From: Bugula neritina | Lineage: Eukaryota; Animalia; Bryozoa | Assembly: GCA_964035545.1 (NCBI GenBank) | Contig: OZ037766.1 | Location: 13,320,722-13,384,721 of the forward strand | Reading direction: 5' to 3' | Length of the DNA stretch: 64,000 nt | Part shown: positions 41,570-54,407 of the stretch, piece after piece | How positions within the stretch are numbered: the stretch's first letter is position 1 | How the letters are laid out: every line of letters starts with the position of its first letter | The notes under the pieces: model-generated | Database searches by the model: none | What the model was told of the DNA's origin: nothing | What the model saw: the letters and a program-made list of their open reading frames with translations, nothing else | Made by a program: the position numbers and the translations under genes

Positions 41570-42275
41570 CGCCATGTCCAATGTTCATCATCCTGAGAAA
41601 ATTTACAACTCTCTTTTTCATAACTGGAAGCAATGGTCTTCCAACTTTAGTATCTGGTTCAGACAGAACTCCTTTTGCAGTCTTCTGGTTTGCTGTGCAA
41701 GGTAATTGTTGGGTTTTTACATAAGCTGGGAAAGCTTTTTCCTAATACATGATAGCTTTTCACATGTCATCTCAGCTTGTTATGCTTTTCCATTTTCATT
41801 ATAGCTAATACACAAAAGCTAACTTTTTACGACTATAAAGACCCAGCAGTTTTTCTCTTATCCAGACTTGCATTTCACACTTGTACTGGCAACTTGTAAC
41901 TCATGAGATAACCTTTTTTTACGTTGCTATTTCTTCAGTCTGCTACTATAATAAATATTTATTTCTCTAACTTAAAACACAACGATAATTGTTTACTCTA
42001 AATTCTATAGATGTGTTATCAATGGTCCAGCTTTCTGGTGCCAATGTCAATAACTGGACTTTCTTTTGTCCAAAAGAAACTTTCACCTTATTCAAGGAAC
42101 ATATTAATATGTTCAAATCTTTATGATTATTAGGCTTTATACAGGCATTTGTTGATTCTGGGTGGAGTTCTTCTCCCTCTATACTTGCAACTGTGGACAC
42201 CTCTTAGCAATGACCTCCTCCACTTGATTCTGTTTTTTTTCCCATAGTTCACTTTACTGGAAGGGCTAATTTTTA
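41570..42275 (-). pseudogene. Degenerate transposase N-terminal fragment (left inner arm)
   Basis: KKVQLLTLAPESWTIDNTSIEFRVNNY ... KGVLSEPDTKVGRPLLPVMKKRVVNFSQDDE, matching the LTLAPxSW / KGIL..P / F.DDE pattern I recall from Sola2-type transposases; interrupted by a 275-bp insertion and frameshifts. Confidence 0.7.
41711..41985. mobile_element. 275-bp insertion nested in the left transposase relic, with an 8-bp TSD
   Basis: TAATTGTT at 41703-41710 and 41986-41993; the right-arm copy has a single aacaatta (42762-42769) and no insert. Confidence 0.65.
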
Positions 42276-42354
42276 GGGCTCTCCTGGTATAATTCCACTC
42301 CTTTGAACTGTAGAAACTGAGAGAAACTGTGCAATATTAATTGCTTTAAAAAAA

Positions 42355-42895
42355 GATGAGCTCTCAGAATACTCTCAGGAAACTAAAAGTGATGCATTTC
42401 TTGAAGTTGAGAAGGAGGCACAGACACTAAACACTGGAATGACAGAATTGGGAGCTTCTTCCTTGAAAGTTGCAAAAATTACCCCATCCAGTAAAGTGAG
42501 CTATAGGAAAAAAACGAAATAAAGTGCAGGAGGTCATTACTGTAAAGGTAGAAACAGTTTTTGGCATAGATGAAGAAGAACTCCACCCAGAAGCAACAAA
42601 TGTCTGTATGAAGCGTAGTAATCATAAAGATTTGAACAAATTGATGATTCTTGATCCTTGAATAAGGATGCGAAAGTTTTCTTGTGACTAGAGAGGGTCC
42701 AGTTATTGACATTAGCACGAAAAGCTGGACGACCGATAGAACAGCCATAGAATCTGGAGCAAACAATTACCTGGCCCAGCAAGCCAGAAAACTGCAAAGG
42801 GAATTCTGTTTGAACCAGATGGTAAAGTTGGAAGACCATTCTCTCCACATTTAAAAGAAAAAGTTGTAGATTTTTTCAGGATGGTGAATATTATT
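42355..42895 (+). pseudogene. Degenerate transposase N-terminal fragment (right inner arm; inverted paralog of the left fragment)
   Basis: DELSEYSQETKSDAFLEVEKEAQTLNTGMTELGASSLKVAK...; gaagaactccacccagaagcaacaaatg and gtccagttattgacattagcac mirror 42040-42175; multiple stops and frameshifts. Confidence 0.7.
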
Positions 42896-44885
42896 CTTAG
42901 CCTGGGCAAATTACTAACCTGATTAGGGTGCGGACCAATCTGCTATATTTAGGCACATCTGTTTCAAAAGCCACAATTATTTCCGGCATGTATTAAACAC
43001 CACTGTCATCGAATTAGTTAGGCCTATTGTGTTCAAGGCCATGGTGTTATATTTGGGTATGTTTTTTGAAGCTACTCTTGCCTCAGTTACTTAATGTACT
43101 TGATTCCAGCAAGATTTCAGCTGTTTCACACCATTCACTCACAGAAATAACAATTGCTATCTGAAACCTAATGGGAATATCGTATAATGCCGATCGGCAG
43201 AATTTTTCTTACGATATTACACACAAATCAGATTTTATCGTAATCTTCAGTAGATTTGACATATATAGGAAACATATATGTATCTACTTGATATTTTGAA
43301 CAATATGAATAATAAAAATGTATGATCCCAACATATTATATTGAAAAATTGCATTTTGCCGATTTTCGTACGCATACCATTTTTCCGTGCGATTTACTTC
43401 AAGTTTGGACAATATAAGGACGTCCAAATTTATGAATCTACAAAATACACTAAATGACGTTACAGAAAATACTTGTTTGAAAGATTTTACTGTATTCAAA
43501 CATCGGGTTACATCCTTGTGAAGTTGGGCGAATTTTCACATTTTCTTCACTTTGGGTGTCTGTATCTCGGAAAATATTCTTTTCAAAATTACACAAATTA
43601 AGAAGTATAAAGTAACCATAATCAACTATTTATGGATAAAAATTTATGGAAGTAAAATAAAAATTAATGCCTTTTGTGATGTGGCAAATATTCGAAATTT
43701 TTCAAAATTTATAAAATAATTGCCAATATTCAATGGCTTAGCATATATGCACACAAAGTATTCTGCAGTATGTGTTACTACTAGTGCAAATTGATAGGTG
43801 TTATCAAATCACACACCAAATTTTAAGGCTCAGTCTAGAAAAATAATGGAGATATGGACATTTACAAATTGGTCTAAAAGTAAAAATCGCAAATTTTCCT
43901 CAAAATTTTTCCCAACCTTTGTTCATGGAAATATTCATTTCTCAAAAAGTTTTTGTGCCAGGCCAGAAATATTTAAGAATAGTACTCAGGACATGTGTAG
44001 GTCCATTTGGTGTAAATATGAACAAAATCTGAGACGCAAAGGCGTGGGACTTTCTGAAATTTGGTTGATTTGACACGGAATGACCCATAGTTTATCTCCT
44101 GTATGCGATTCTTTGGTCGCATACCTTATGATTACCAACCATGCATACCATATGTCAGGAAATAATTAAAGAACACACACATGGTCGTAGGCAAGAGCCT
44201 ATTATTGCTTCAACAGAAATTACAAATTATAATTTGAAAATTCAATAGGAGGTAATCATGCCCAACCCACATTAAGATTGGCAAGGTAAGTTTGGGATGC
44301 CAAAAATACTTTTCTAGATAATAACTTATCTCCACCAAATAATCGAAGTATGAAAGTATTGCATACTAATTTAATCAGTCATGTGAATCCAGACTCGAAG
44401 TTCGAGTATCTTCATATATCCACATTTTTATAAATTCACTATCCTCATTAGTGCATTGCAGTATGCATATCTGGTGCATGCAAGTTTCACCCAAGGTAAT
44501 GTTACCATTACTTAGTGACCATACATTACGTGATGAGATCAAATGTAAATGAGCTCTTGAGTATTATATACTAACATAAAATAGGTTTTCACGATAGGCA
44601 GTTGCCAATAACATCTACTATACTATGGGTATCATTCACAATCCACATATGTGGACATAATGTTATTTGCAATAAAGTGTATCAAATTTACAATACAAAA
44701 AAATCTAGCAAATAATTTTTATTTGGGCTTGAATAGCAGACTAGTCATCAGTATAATATGTAAGACACCAAAACCATGTAGTTATATACAAATTTTTCAG
44801 AACAGGTAAATCCTCAAGTAAAATAAGGTTAGTGACAACACAAATACAACATTTCTTCAAGTAAAGTGTCACTAGTTGTATGCAG

Positions 44886-47800
44886 TTACTGTTGGACAGT
44901 TGCCTCGACTGCTCTTTTCTTTTCCACAAAAGATGTCTCTGATGATGACACAGAGTGAACGGATCGTTTGAGAGTTGAGCGCACGGCAGCATCTGGTTTG
45001 GCTATGATAGACTGCGCTGTCAAGGTCATGTCATCAGTCATGGAGGTTGGTGTTTGCGTTCTGCTGCTCGTCAATTCTTCATCTGATGACTCGGGGCAGT
45101 GGAGTTCTTCACGGGGAGAAAACTTACAGTCGCGATTAATATATTTCTCTAGCATGTTCACTGAGGCCAAGATGAGCCCGAGGTAAGGTGGAGATGGCTT
45201 CAAAGGCCTAGACAGATATTCAGGGTGATACTGGACTCCAACATAGAATGGGTGATCTAAAATATTACAGATTATTCACAAAAATGATACTAAATGTCAC
45301 TTTTTACAGCATGTAATATATATACATATTGAAAGAAAATGTTGACAAAAAAAAGGATTAATAGTGACTAAATTTGGGTAACGAAGAGCAACCAGTAGAA
45401 AAAAATAACATTGCAAAGAAAAAATTATTTGCTTAAATTTAATCTTATTTTGCTTCTCTTTTATAAAAAAAGTGTGTAGTGTACAGTTTCAAAAGAAATT
45501 ATTTCTAAATTTGAATTTTGTATGCAGCTAATATTTCTTGTAGTTAAAAGTTCAAAATCCATCCAACTAGAAAAATTAGTTTTTTCAAACTTTTAATGTT
45601 TTAGTTGCTTATATTATCAAATACACGAAACAAATTTTCAGCAAGTCATTTTATTCATTTTTAAACTGTGACTTCATGACTGTTCCTGAAAAGACAGCCT
45701 CATTATTACAAGTGTTCATTATAGCTTGAGAGCAGAAGATTTCTTGATTTTAGCTTTGGAAAAAGGCATGAGTTGTCCACAAAATTACTTGAATCAGAAT
45801 GGGTTGGAAAGTGAGGGATAAAAATGAGTATTTACCGACTTTAATATATAAAAATTTCTAGACGCACACTTGCTATAAGTTTCAACTTGCTCAACTAAAT
45901 GAATTGATCATTGTGATTGGATTGCTGCAGGTTTTTGAAATTTAAGCTGATAAACATATTTAACTACATGTCTATTATATGTTGATACTTTTTTAAACAA
46001 ATGTTATACATGTATATATCAACTTGATTTATTGTTGCCTGTACCCCATAACTTGGCCAGGCCAGTCAGTGACTTGACTTGCTTGTGCCCAGTAAAGGCC
46101 AAAAGTGATACTCTTATGTACAAGTGTGACAGAGAGACTCAACAAGTAATTTAACAACTGTAGAAGGGAATTCACTATTGAATCACATTTCAAATTGTTA
46201 AAATCGAAACTAACAAACAACTAGATAAATAAATATGGGTAACTAAATGCACCTTTCATGATTTATATATAATTTTAAAGCAATGTTGTGTATGTAATTT
46301 TTTAAGTACAATGTTGTTCGGATTATGAGAATAGAGATGCTAAAAGCACAAACCTTTCAACTCAAGTATTTCCATTCTCATGCCTGTCTCATCTTTCCCA
46401 ACAAAGAACATGCCAGCCTTAGTGAGATCATCTATTTTTTCAGGGTTCACCTCATACCGGTGCCTATGTCTCTCGTAGACATAATTGTTGCTGCCATACA
46501 ACTTATCTACAGAATATATCATAAGTAATACTCTGTACTCTGAAATAAAATTATGAAATTATTGAAATAAAAACCAGTGTTCAGCATACTAGAAAAACAG
46601 TACAGTATATGGCAGGACCTTAATCAAATGTGAATAACCATACATAGCATCATACTTTCCGCGTCACTAAATTTTACTTACATATTACTGAGTCTTTGGC
46701 AGAATTAAAGATGGTTTTCCTGAGACCGAGCCTCATGGTTCCTCCCATTTCCCCTGTGTGGTGCTCAGGCATTTCAATAACTACCGGAGTTGTGGTATCT
46801 TGCTGGAACTCTGTAGACTGTGCGTCTTTCCATCCCACCACATTTCTAGCATACTCAATCACAGCACATTGCATGCCCAAACACACTCCTAAAATACAAT
46901 CCATAAAGTAATATGGTGTAAAGAAAGGGCTGATCAGGTGGTTTGCTCTACATTGCTAGATAAGTTGATGTCATTTGAATAACAATTCAAATGTAGACAA
47001 AACCACTTGAACACATCACATAATTTTCAATGATTCAATAATCATATAACTGTGAGCTGAAAATTAGTAACGTATTATCGTCACTTACATAAAGCCACCA
47101 TAGCCAAGTGCTCTATTTTCTATTGCTAAATGCAGATTAATTTCAAGTAAAATATGGCAGTTCACATTCAAACACTCTGATGTACCAAAAATAGTAAGCC
47201 TCACTTCACAGTGAACCATTCTAGATAAAACCCTTCATGACAATTTATACAACATCAAATTTGATTCTCTGATTTTGTGATGACTGAAATATTTTATGGG
47301 CATAAATCAGCATTTAGCTGAAATACACAGGCATATATGAACGAAAAGTTATGTAAGAGGTTGAATACCTAAGAAAGGTATCTTCTGCTTTCTGGCCCAG
47401 TTACAGGCGAGTATCATGCCCTCAGTACCCCTGCAACCAAAGCCACCTGGAACAATGACGCCCTGAGCAGAGCAGAGTCTTCGCCAGGCCTCATAATACT
47501 TCACAGGCTTTTCTATACGATTCTCTTCCTCTAAATCATCTGACTCCACATACTGCAGCAGAAAGAGAAAGTTTATTAGCATTGAGAACTGACATTGAAA
47601 AGATATTCTAAGCTAGCAATTTATATGAGCCACTTATTAGCAGAAGTTGTTTCTACAAAGCAGAAAGGCTGTACATCATATAATGCAAGCAATAGCACCA
47701 GGGTGAATAAAATTAGTGTACGAATGATTGGAATTCAGAAGTAAGAAAGCGTCAGCCCATAATTTAAATGTTCTGATGATATTGAATGAATTGCTCTTAG

Positions 47801-50800
47801 AAAGATAAAGGCATGAAAACTACAAAGCACTTTTAGGGTGTATTTTGGACCTAATTTTTAGTTGAAGTCCATTGTTTAGATGAATGGAGCCTGAGAAAGA
47901 TGCAGTTTATTTTTCGCATTGAATGGCTTCGAGAGTTCAATATTTTTCTATTCACATTTTACTAAAGGGAATTACAGCATATCCTAAAATTTTCAAAAAT
48001 ATTCTATGCATATAATTGTGCTTTACCAGTTACACTGAGAACACCTTGTCTTGATGTTTTAGTTGTTTAAAGGTATAAGCTATTTTCACTTATTTTACAC
48101 TTCAACTATATAAATACTGTATTAGATGTGCTAAAGCATTGCACCCCAATAAATTAGTATCTGCTCAACAAGCAATTGAATATCTACAATCTAATACAAA
48201 TTACAAATGGTTAAATAGCTAACACTGACCACACAATGTTAGGACACTCCTGAAAATTTGTCACATAATGCTATAAAATGTGATGCCAACAATATTCACA
48301 ATCACCTGTCAGAGTGGTATTCAGAAATAATTTTGCCAATGCATAGATTTTCAAAGTTGACCAAGCAATTATTTATAGCTGCATAACATATAACTGTTGC
48401 CAGTGATTAGTTTTCACAAGTTTTAATGACAAATTTTTTTACTTTTGATCCAACAGCTAATAGGCTACTCTGCACAAAATATAACTACTGATTAATGCAA
48501 GGGAATAAAATCCAATGAATTCTGTCTATTGAGCTAGGATGTCAGCAATGGATGTGCTAAAATGGCATTAACTAGATATTAAATACCAACTAGCTGTGAG
48601 CAAAGTCTAGATAGCTGTCAACTTATCAAAAACTGACCTTTTACTCCACTTATGGTATCTAAAATAGTAAATTTATGTAGTGCATAAAAAATGTAGGTAA
48701 AGGTAAATAGAACAACCATAGATAGATAACTCCATGAAATCTCCTGAAAGTACCGAAAAAGTTTCTCACAGCGTACTATTCAAAAACTGCGACATTACAA
48801 ACAAACCTGTAAGTTCAGCTTATACCGACAGCCAAGCGCAGCATGTCTTAGAGACTTGCTCACAGAAGTGTATGCATCCTCTAAGGAAGTATATTTGCCT
48901 ACCAGGCAGATATTCACTTCCTCTCGAAGTCTGTCAAACCTGAACAATGAATTCACAGATATATAAACTCTATACTTACAGCTAAACTTGTAAATTATTC
49001 AAAGTCAATAAAATAAATGAAGGACTTTCAACTCTAGTGTAAAAATACAACTAAAACTAAGCAAGCATCAAATGATAATATATATATATTATAGATTATC
49101 ATCATACCTTTATTAAAATATTGGTTGGGAACAAATATCAAATGATATTATATAGACATTATCATATATTTACTATAATATTAGTATCACAGTTGGGCGC
49201 AGACATACTAATGATGGACATACCTTAAAGCCAGATCTCTCCATTTTGACTTGAACAGCATGCGCTTAGATGGGTTGGGAAGCTTGAGCTGCAGCCTTTC
49301 ATTGAACAGAGGAATAAGGTTTTGTTCCTCCAACAGTATTGGAACTGAGTATATAGAGGAGCAATCCTTCACACTTATCACCTGTTATATAATAGAATAG
49401 ACAGAATTCAGGTGAAAAGACTGCATTACATGTCTTTCCATGGATCTCTCTGAGATAGATCCATGGAAAGACAGTAATTAGTAGCCTCAGAGTAGTACTA
49501 GCTATTTACTATCAGTGTACATTTAAGGTTTATTTCCTATGGGTTATTAAAACCTACAGAAATACTGGCAAACAAACTAACGGTCATTCACAAACAACTC
49601 TATTACTGAAAAATGTTAATGACTTCAGGATCAAATCAAAAATTTATGGCAGCCGTGGTCTAGGGGTAAAAGTGTTTGCTTAGTGAACATGAAGTCATGG
49701 GTTCGAACTCTGACAAAGGCCATTGGTGATGTTAGGAAGAGAATGCAGTCATATTTGCTCCTGTGCCTCATCTAAACAAGTCTTTAGCCGGTTCTAACAA
49801 AAACCCTTTTCATCAGGGATTTCTCACAGGGATAGCGACTATAAGCATGCGTGAGTTTATGGCAACATGAAATTTATAGGCTGCTTATTTTGTGAACACC
49901 CTTTGCTTATTTATTAAATTTTTGGAATAAATTTCAAGAATTTTTTTTGAATAATATTTGCTATTTTTATAGAGTCTTTACATTGATAATTAGTAAGACT
50001 ATTTATTGTTTAGGAATTAGCCAAAAGTTACAGTTATAACTCTGGTCTCACCCAAAATGGTAACATCATCCATTTAAAGAAATAACATCACAGCATTAAT
50101 GAAGAATCTAGACAAGTTATTTGTTACAGATTTCTGTAGAACATCAAAAATAAAATAATTTATAAATAAATTACCAAGCTCCTAAGTTAGAAAGTATATT
50201 TTAGTCTTGTTTATTTGCTGTAACTATAATATAACTAATAGCCATAGTACAAGAGTAAATAGCAGCTAGTAACAATAGTAATATTAAAATTAAATGATGG
50301 TTAGATGGTTAGATTTCTTAGTTCGAGCTAAAAAAGCTCAACACGTTACATGCATATATCCAGAATATCAATGAAGCAACAAATTAAGCACAATGAGCAA
50401 TCTTTTTATTTTTTTTTCCTATTTCCTTTATAAATGACCAGGAGAGGTTAAAATACCCATAAGTTTTAGCTCTGCTATTGATTTAACTGAAAAACAAATT
50501 GCCTTCAACACTTTTTAGTTGCTGCTTTACAAATTATTGATTGTGTAACATAAATACTTTACCTTCTCTTCTTCTAGATTCGCAAACATAGCTATTTTAT
50601 TCCTGGAAGCCTGAGAAATTCCAGTAGATGATCGGCAAAAGACCTAAGGCCAAATAACAGCACTAGTTTATTGCCATCAGTTACATATCAGATAAACAGT
50701 CTAGTGCATTTCATTGCCTGATTACATTTATGTAGCATCGCTAACTCAATCTAAATCAGTATTCAGCACACCAAACAGGTTATAGCAATGTTTATAAACT

Positions 50801-52660
50801 TCTCCCATGGATTGTCGCAACTCAATTGGTGTAAACATAGTGATGCTGTCTATCATCATGAACATAGTCAAACATACCCATATACATAGCATCAACAGAA
50901 CTTTACAATAAAGTAAAATCAACATAAACCAATGTCAACAATTCCATAAAAATGCAATTAAATAGAATAAAATATACAATTATTCCATAAAAATATACCT
51001 AAAACTCTCAGTTTAAAATAAGAATAACTATCATTAACCTCACCATATCAGGTACCAATCCAAGACCTCTCAATTCATGCAGAGACTTTTGAGTAGGTTT
51101 TGTTTTGTGTTCACCAGTAGTTTTTGGAGCTGGAACTAAGCTCACGTGAACGTTACAGAAATTCTCCCTTTTAACCCGAAACTCAAGTTGGCGAAATGCT
51201 TCAATGAAGGCCATGCCTTCAATATCTCCTATGGTTCCACCAAGCTGTATCACCAAAGATAGCATGTTAAACCAATAAACTAAGTTGTCAACATCAGGAT
51301 ACTAACAAAAATATGCTTTAAGTATCAGTATTAAATGGAGGCGTTACAAAATAATTTCAACATACTATAATTTAATAAGAATTTGATTCTATTTGGCAGT
51401 TTGATATATTATCGAGCTAGAATTATTTCTAAAAATAGGTTGTATTAGGAAAGAAATACTGTACCTTGATATTTCAGCAACAATGGAGAAAAAAACACAT
51501 AAAATGGAAATTTTTCTGCTAAAGCACAGAAGTTAATTAGCACAGTGGAGACAGAGAGTTAACAGCTGAACCAACCTCAATAATACATATATCTGGCTTG
51601 TCATTAGTTCCATCAACAGGGATATGAGCCACTCTTTCAACCCAGTCTTGAATTGCATTAGTGATATGTGGAACAACTAAAATCATAACACATAGACTGC
51701 ATGCAAGTTTACCTTACTATTATATGTATACACATTGCACGATAGTTGCAAAGTGCCACAAAGCTTTGCTGATTTGAAATAAAATCATGTTCTTATGATA
51801 CCAGTTAATATCATGGTAATGGCCTTTATTTAACTTAATTGTTCCCTTACCCTGCACAGTTTTACCAAGATAATCTCCTTTTCTCTCTCTTTTTATGACT
51901 TGTGAATATATTTTACCCGTTGTAATATTATTATCTTTTGCAAGCGTTACATCTAAAAACCTTTCATAATTCCCCAGATCCAAGTCCACTTCACCACCAT
52001 CATTGAGAACATATACCTCACCTGGATGTGAATATATGAGAATATGACTTGGGGAAAATTTTAGAGACATTAAAACAATTTGCCATCAAATTAGAATAGC
52101 AAAGCAAAAAACCAATGATAAGAATCCTCTTTGCCAAATCTTAAAATTAGAAAATACTTCAACAGGTAGCTTCACTACTAACTTACTAACTAATTTTTTA
52201 TTTAGATGCTTGAAAAACTTCGCAATAGTCACAACTAGATAAAACATAAGAATGTAAGTTGGCAGCCAGACCTTAGCAAAACTTATCAAATATACTTTTA
52301 AGTTAACCAGAAATCAATTTGGGAGTGCTTGCACAACGAAACTGTGTAAATTATGGAATTGGTAATCAATTTCCAACTTTAAACAACCACACTACTTAGT
52401 TTTGTTGCTGCTCGGTTAATAACCGAACAGATCAATAAGTTCATCAAGACAATTATTAGTATCCCATGGTTTAGTCCAACTATAAAATACTTGCCATGTT
52501 CATATGGAGAAAATGTGCCAGCATCAATGTTTATATATGGATCTATTTTGATGGGTGTAACTTTGAGGCCATGAGACTTAAATAGAGTCCCAAGACTACT
52601 TGAAATAACTCCTTTACCAATACCACTGATCACACCTCCAGTTACTAATACATACTTCAT
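44886..52660 (-). CDS. CTPS: CTP synthase, ~641 aa
   Basis: Exons 52495-52660, 51851-52021, 51576-51676, 51044-51244, 50563-50643, 49224-49381, 48807-48939, 47369-47552, 46682-46888, 46354-46506, 44886-45256; 1926 nt in phase. Motifs: [45 protein letters not shown] (catalytic Cys), [16 protein letters not shown]. 5' UTR acceptor at 52669; candidate UTR-exon donor AG|gtgagt at 54102. Confidence 0.97.
49431..49473. repeat. Perfect 17-bp inverted repeat (hairpin) in a CTPS intron
   Basis: tgtctttccatggatct, 9-nt loop, agatccatggaaagaca. Confidence 0.85.
49648..49844 (+). mobile_element. tRNA-derived SINE, degenerate (possibly V-SINE-like core)
   Basis: A-box-like TGGTCTAGGGG (49656-49666) and B-box GGTTCGAACTC (49700-49710), followed by a non-tRNA body ttggtgatgttaggaagagaatgcag reminiscent of the V-domain core; no closing acceptor stem; 3' end approximate. 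Confidence 0.65.
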
Positions 52661-54394
52661 TGCTGCAACTAAAAATGAAAATTTAATTCAGGCAGGTTTT
52701 GCAAACAGTCCACAATGTATATCATGAAGTTATTTATTTGCAGACTAGTTGGTGTGCATTTTGATTGGCCATCATAAGAACCTTCCAGATTGAATAAAGA
52801 GAAATAATTTACCACATCTTCTTCTGCATCCAAAATTTTGTGCTTTAAATAATTATTCATCATTTATCATTATTTATACATCATACCAGAAAGCTATTGC
52901 TACATATGCACAACTTTATGATATTACTTGATCATATCACAAAAGCAGCAGCTGTCAACCTGGGTGCTTACTCCTGCAGTTTTGTTCAATATATAACAGA
53001 AGTCATTAAATTAACTAACATAGTGATAGAAAGAATAGATTATTCCGAAAAAAATATTGACGTGGGTTTCGTAGTATAGACAAGTTGTGATATTATTACA
53101 GTATTTATCCCCCTTATAACGGAGAATGTGCATCAGTACCAATTACTTGTGCTGATAAAATTCAAAACTCAGTTCAAGACTGTTATCACAACCCCAAAGA
53201 CTACGAAAACTACAAATTACAGTCAAAATATGAATATGGGTGTGTTTGCCTAATTTAGTACAAACTGGGAAAAACAAGGCAAAAATTATTTTTTGCTTGA
53301 AAATTACAAAATTTGCCCAACTGATGTAATTTGACCTGCTGAATTCAAATATATATGTAAAAAATTGATTTGAGTGGGTAATCCAACAGTTTGATGCAAA
53401 TAGGTATATGACATTACAGCAACTTCAGTATACATAGAGCATTAGCTTTAGGCTGGTAAGATTGTTATTCGTTAGCTACAAAGTAAAATAAAACAGAAAA
53501 TTGATTTAAAACCGGTTGTAAAAGGGAAAATTGTTCAAATTTATTCATCATAAACAACTATGAGTACATATATTGTGTGAATGTTTCATACACTAATTTT
53601 TTTAGCAGAATAGAATTGATTGATTTTCTACATAATCAGATGCATTGCAAAAGAAATTATTCATTTACAAACTGAAAAGATACAATTGAAATTATTACAA
53701 TAAAAAATATGCTATTTTTTATAATTGTATAAGTTTTTTCAGTCTTCGGCCAACTTTTCAAAATTATCTTCGTCTCACTCTCTGTTATACTCCGTAACTG
53801 CCATAACGGATAACACCTATAATAAACATTATTTCTTTAAAAAAGTCTTAGTGCGTATATGATTTGCAAAATATCTGAGTCTATTTTACACTGAATATAA
53901 TCATTAGCATTTATTTTCTATAATTGATGGATTATAATAATCGTTATCATGACGATATTGATAATCATCAATTTCAAACTCAAACTGTAATTGTAAAAGT
54001 TGGACTTTGAGTAAGTCAAATATTAACAACTTGCAACTCCTACTAACTATTATTACTTATAAATTAAAACCACCAAATGATTAAATGTCATGAAACACTC
54101 ACCTATTTGTAGGATGTAGGTTAATTGAGAGAATTAGGAATATTTTTTCGTTTATTTCAACAAGTCAATTGAATTTCAATGCGTCAGATTAATCTCTCTC
54201 AAACTTGAATTGCAATATTTCTTCGTGAAATTTGACAAATAACTATAATTTCTATGCAACAATATAATTAACAACAAATTTTCAATATTTATTCAAAATA
54301 AAAATAAAACTTTAGAGGAATTAAATTTAGTTTTTATTTTTATTACAAGACTTTTGAAAGTAAGTCGCTTAATAAATAGACAACTCCGCAGTAA

Positions 54395-54407
54395 TTTCGC
54401 GCCATTT
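54395..54407 (+). promoter_or_regulatory. Overlapping E2F (TTTCGCGC) and YY1-like (CGCCATTT) sites in the probable CTPS promoter
   Basis: TTTCGCGCCATTT in a local CpG patch about 290 bp above the candidate 5' UTR donor at 54102; CCAAT at 54491-54495. Confidence 0.5.

Larger units (their letters stand above)
40333..44086. mobile_element. Non-autonomous Sola2-type DNA transposon with ~1.2-kb terminal inverted repeats (near-palindromic)
   Basis: Termini GGGTCATTCCGTGTCAA...TTGACACGGAATGACCC. 4-bp TSD ATAG at 40329-40332 and 44087-44090. Arms 40333-41506 and 42941-44086 are near-identical (mirrored ORFs 40346..40612/43798..44073 and 40910..41125/43284..43499). GRG..CYC ends, 4-bp TSD and long TIRs fit Sola2. 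The element itself is clear; the superfamily is recalled, not searched. Confidence 0.9.

Noticed and set aside
40346-44073. Duplicated ORFs MLSNHTPNFK... and MNTVKSFKQV... on opposite strands
   Set aside because: Chance ORFs inside the transposon TIRs; no protein features.
49648-49720. Possible tRNA gene
   Set aside because: A and B boxes are present but there is no proper cloverleaf, and it continues into a SINE-like body.
53235-53820. Possible DNA-transposon remnant in the CTPS 5' UTR intron
   Set aside because: TE-like subterminal sequence, but no convincing TIR pair or TSD.
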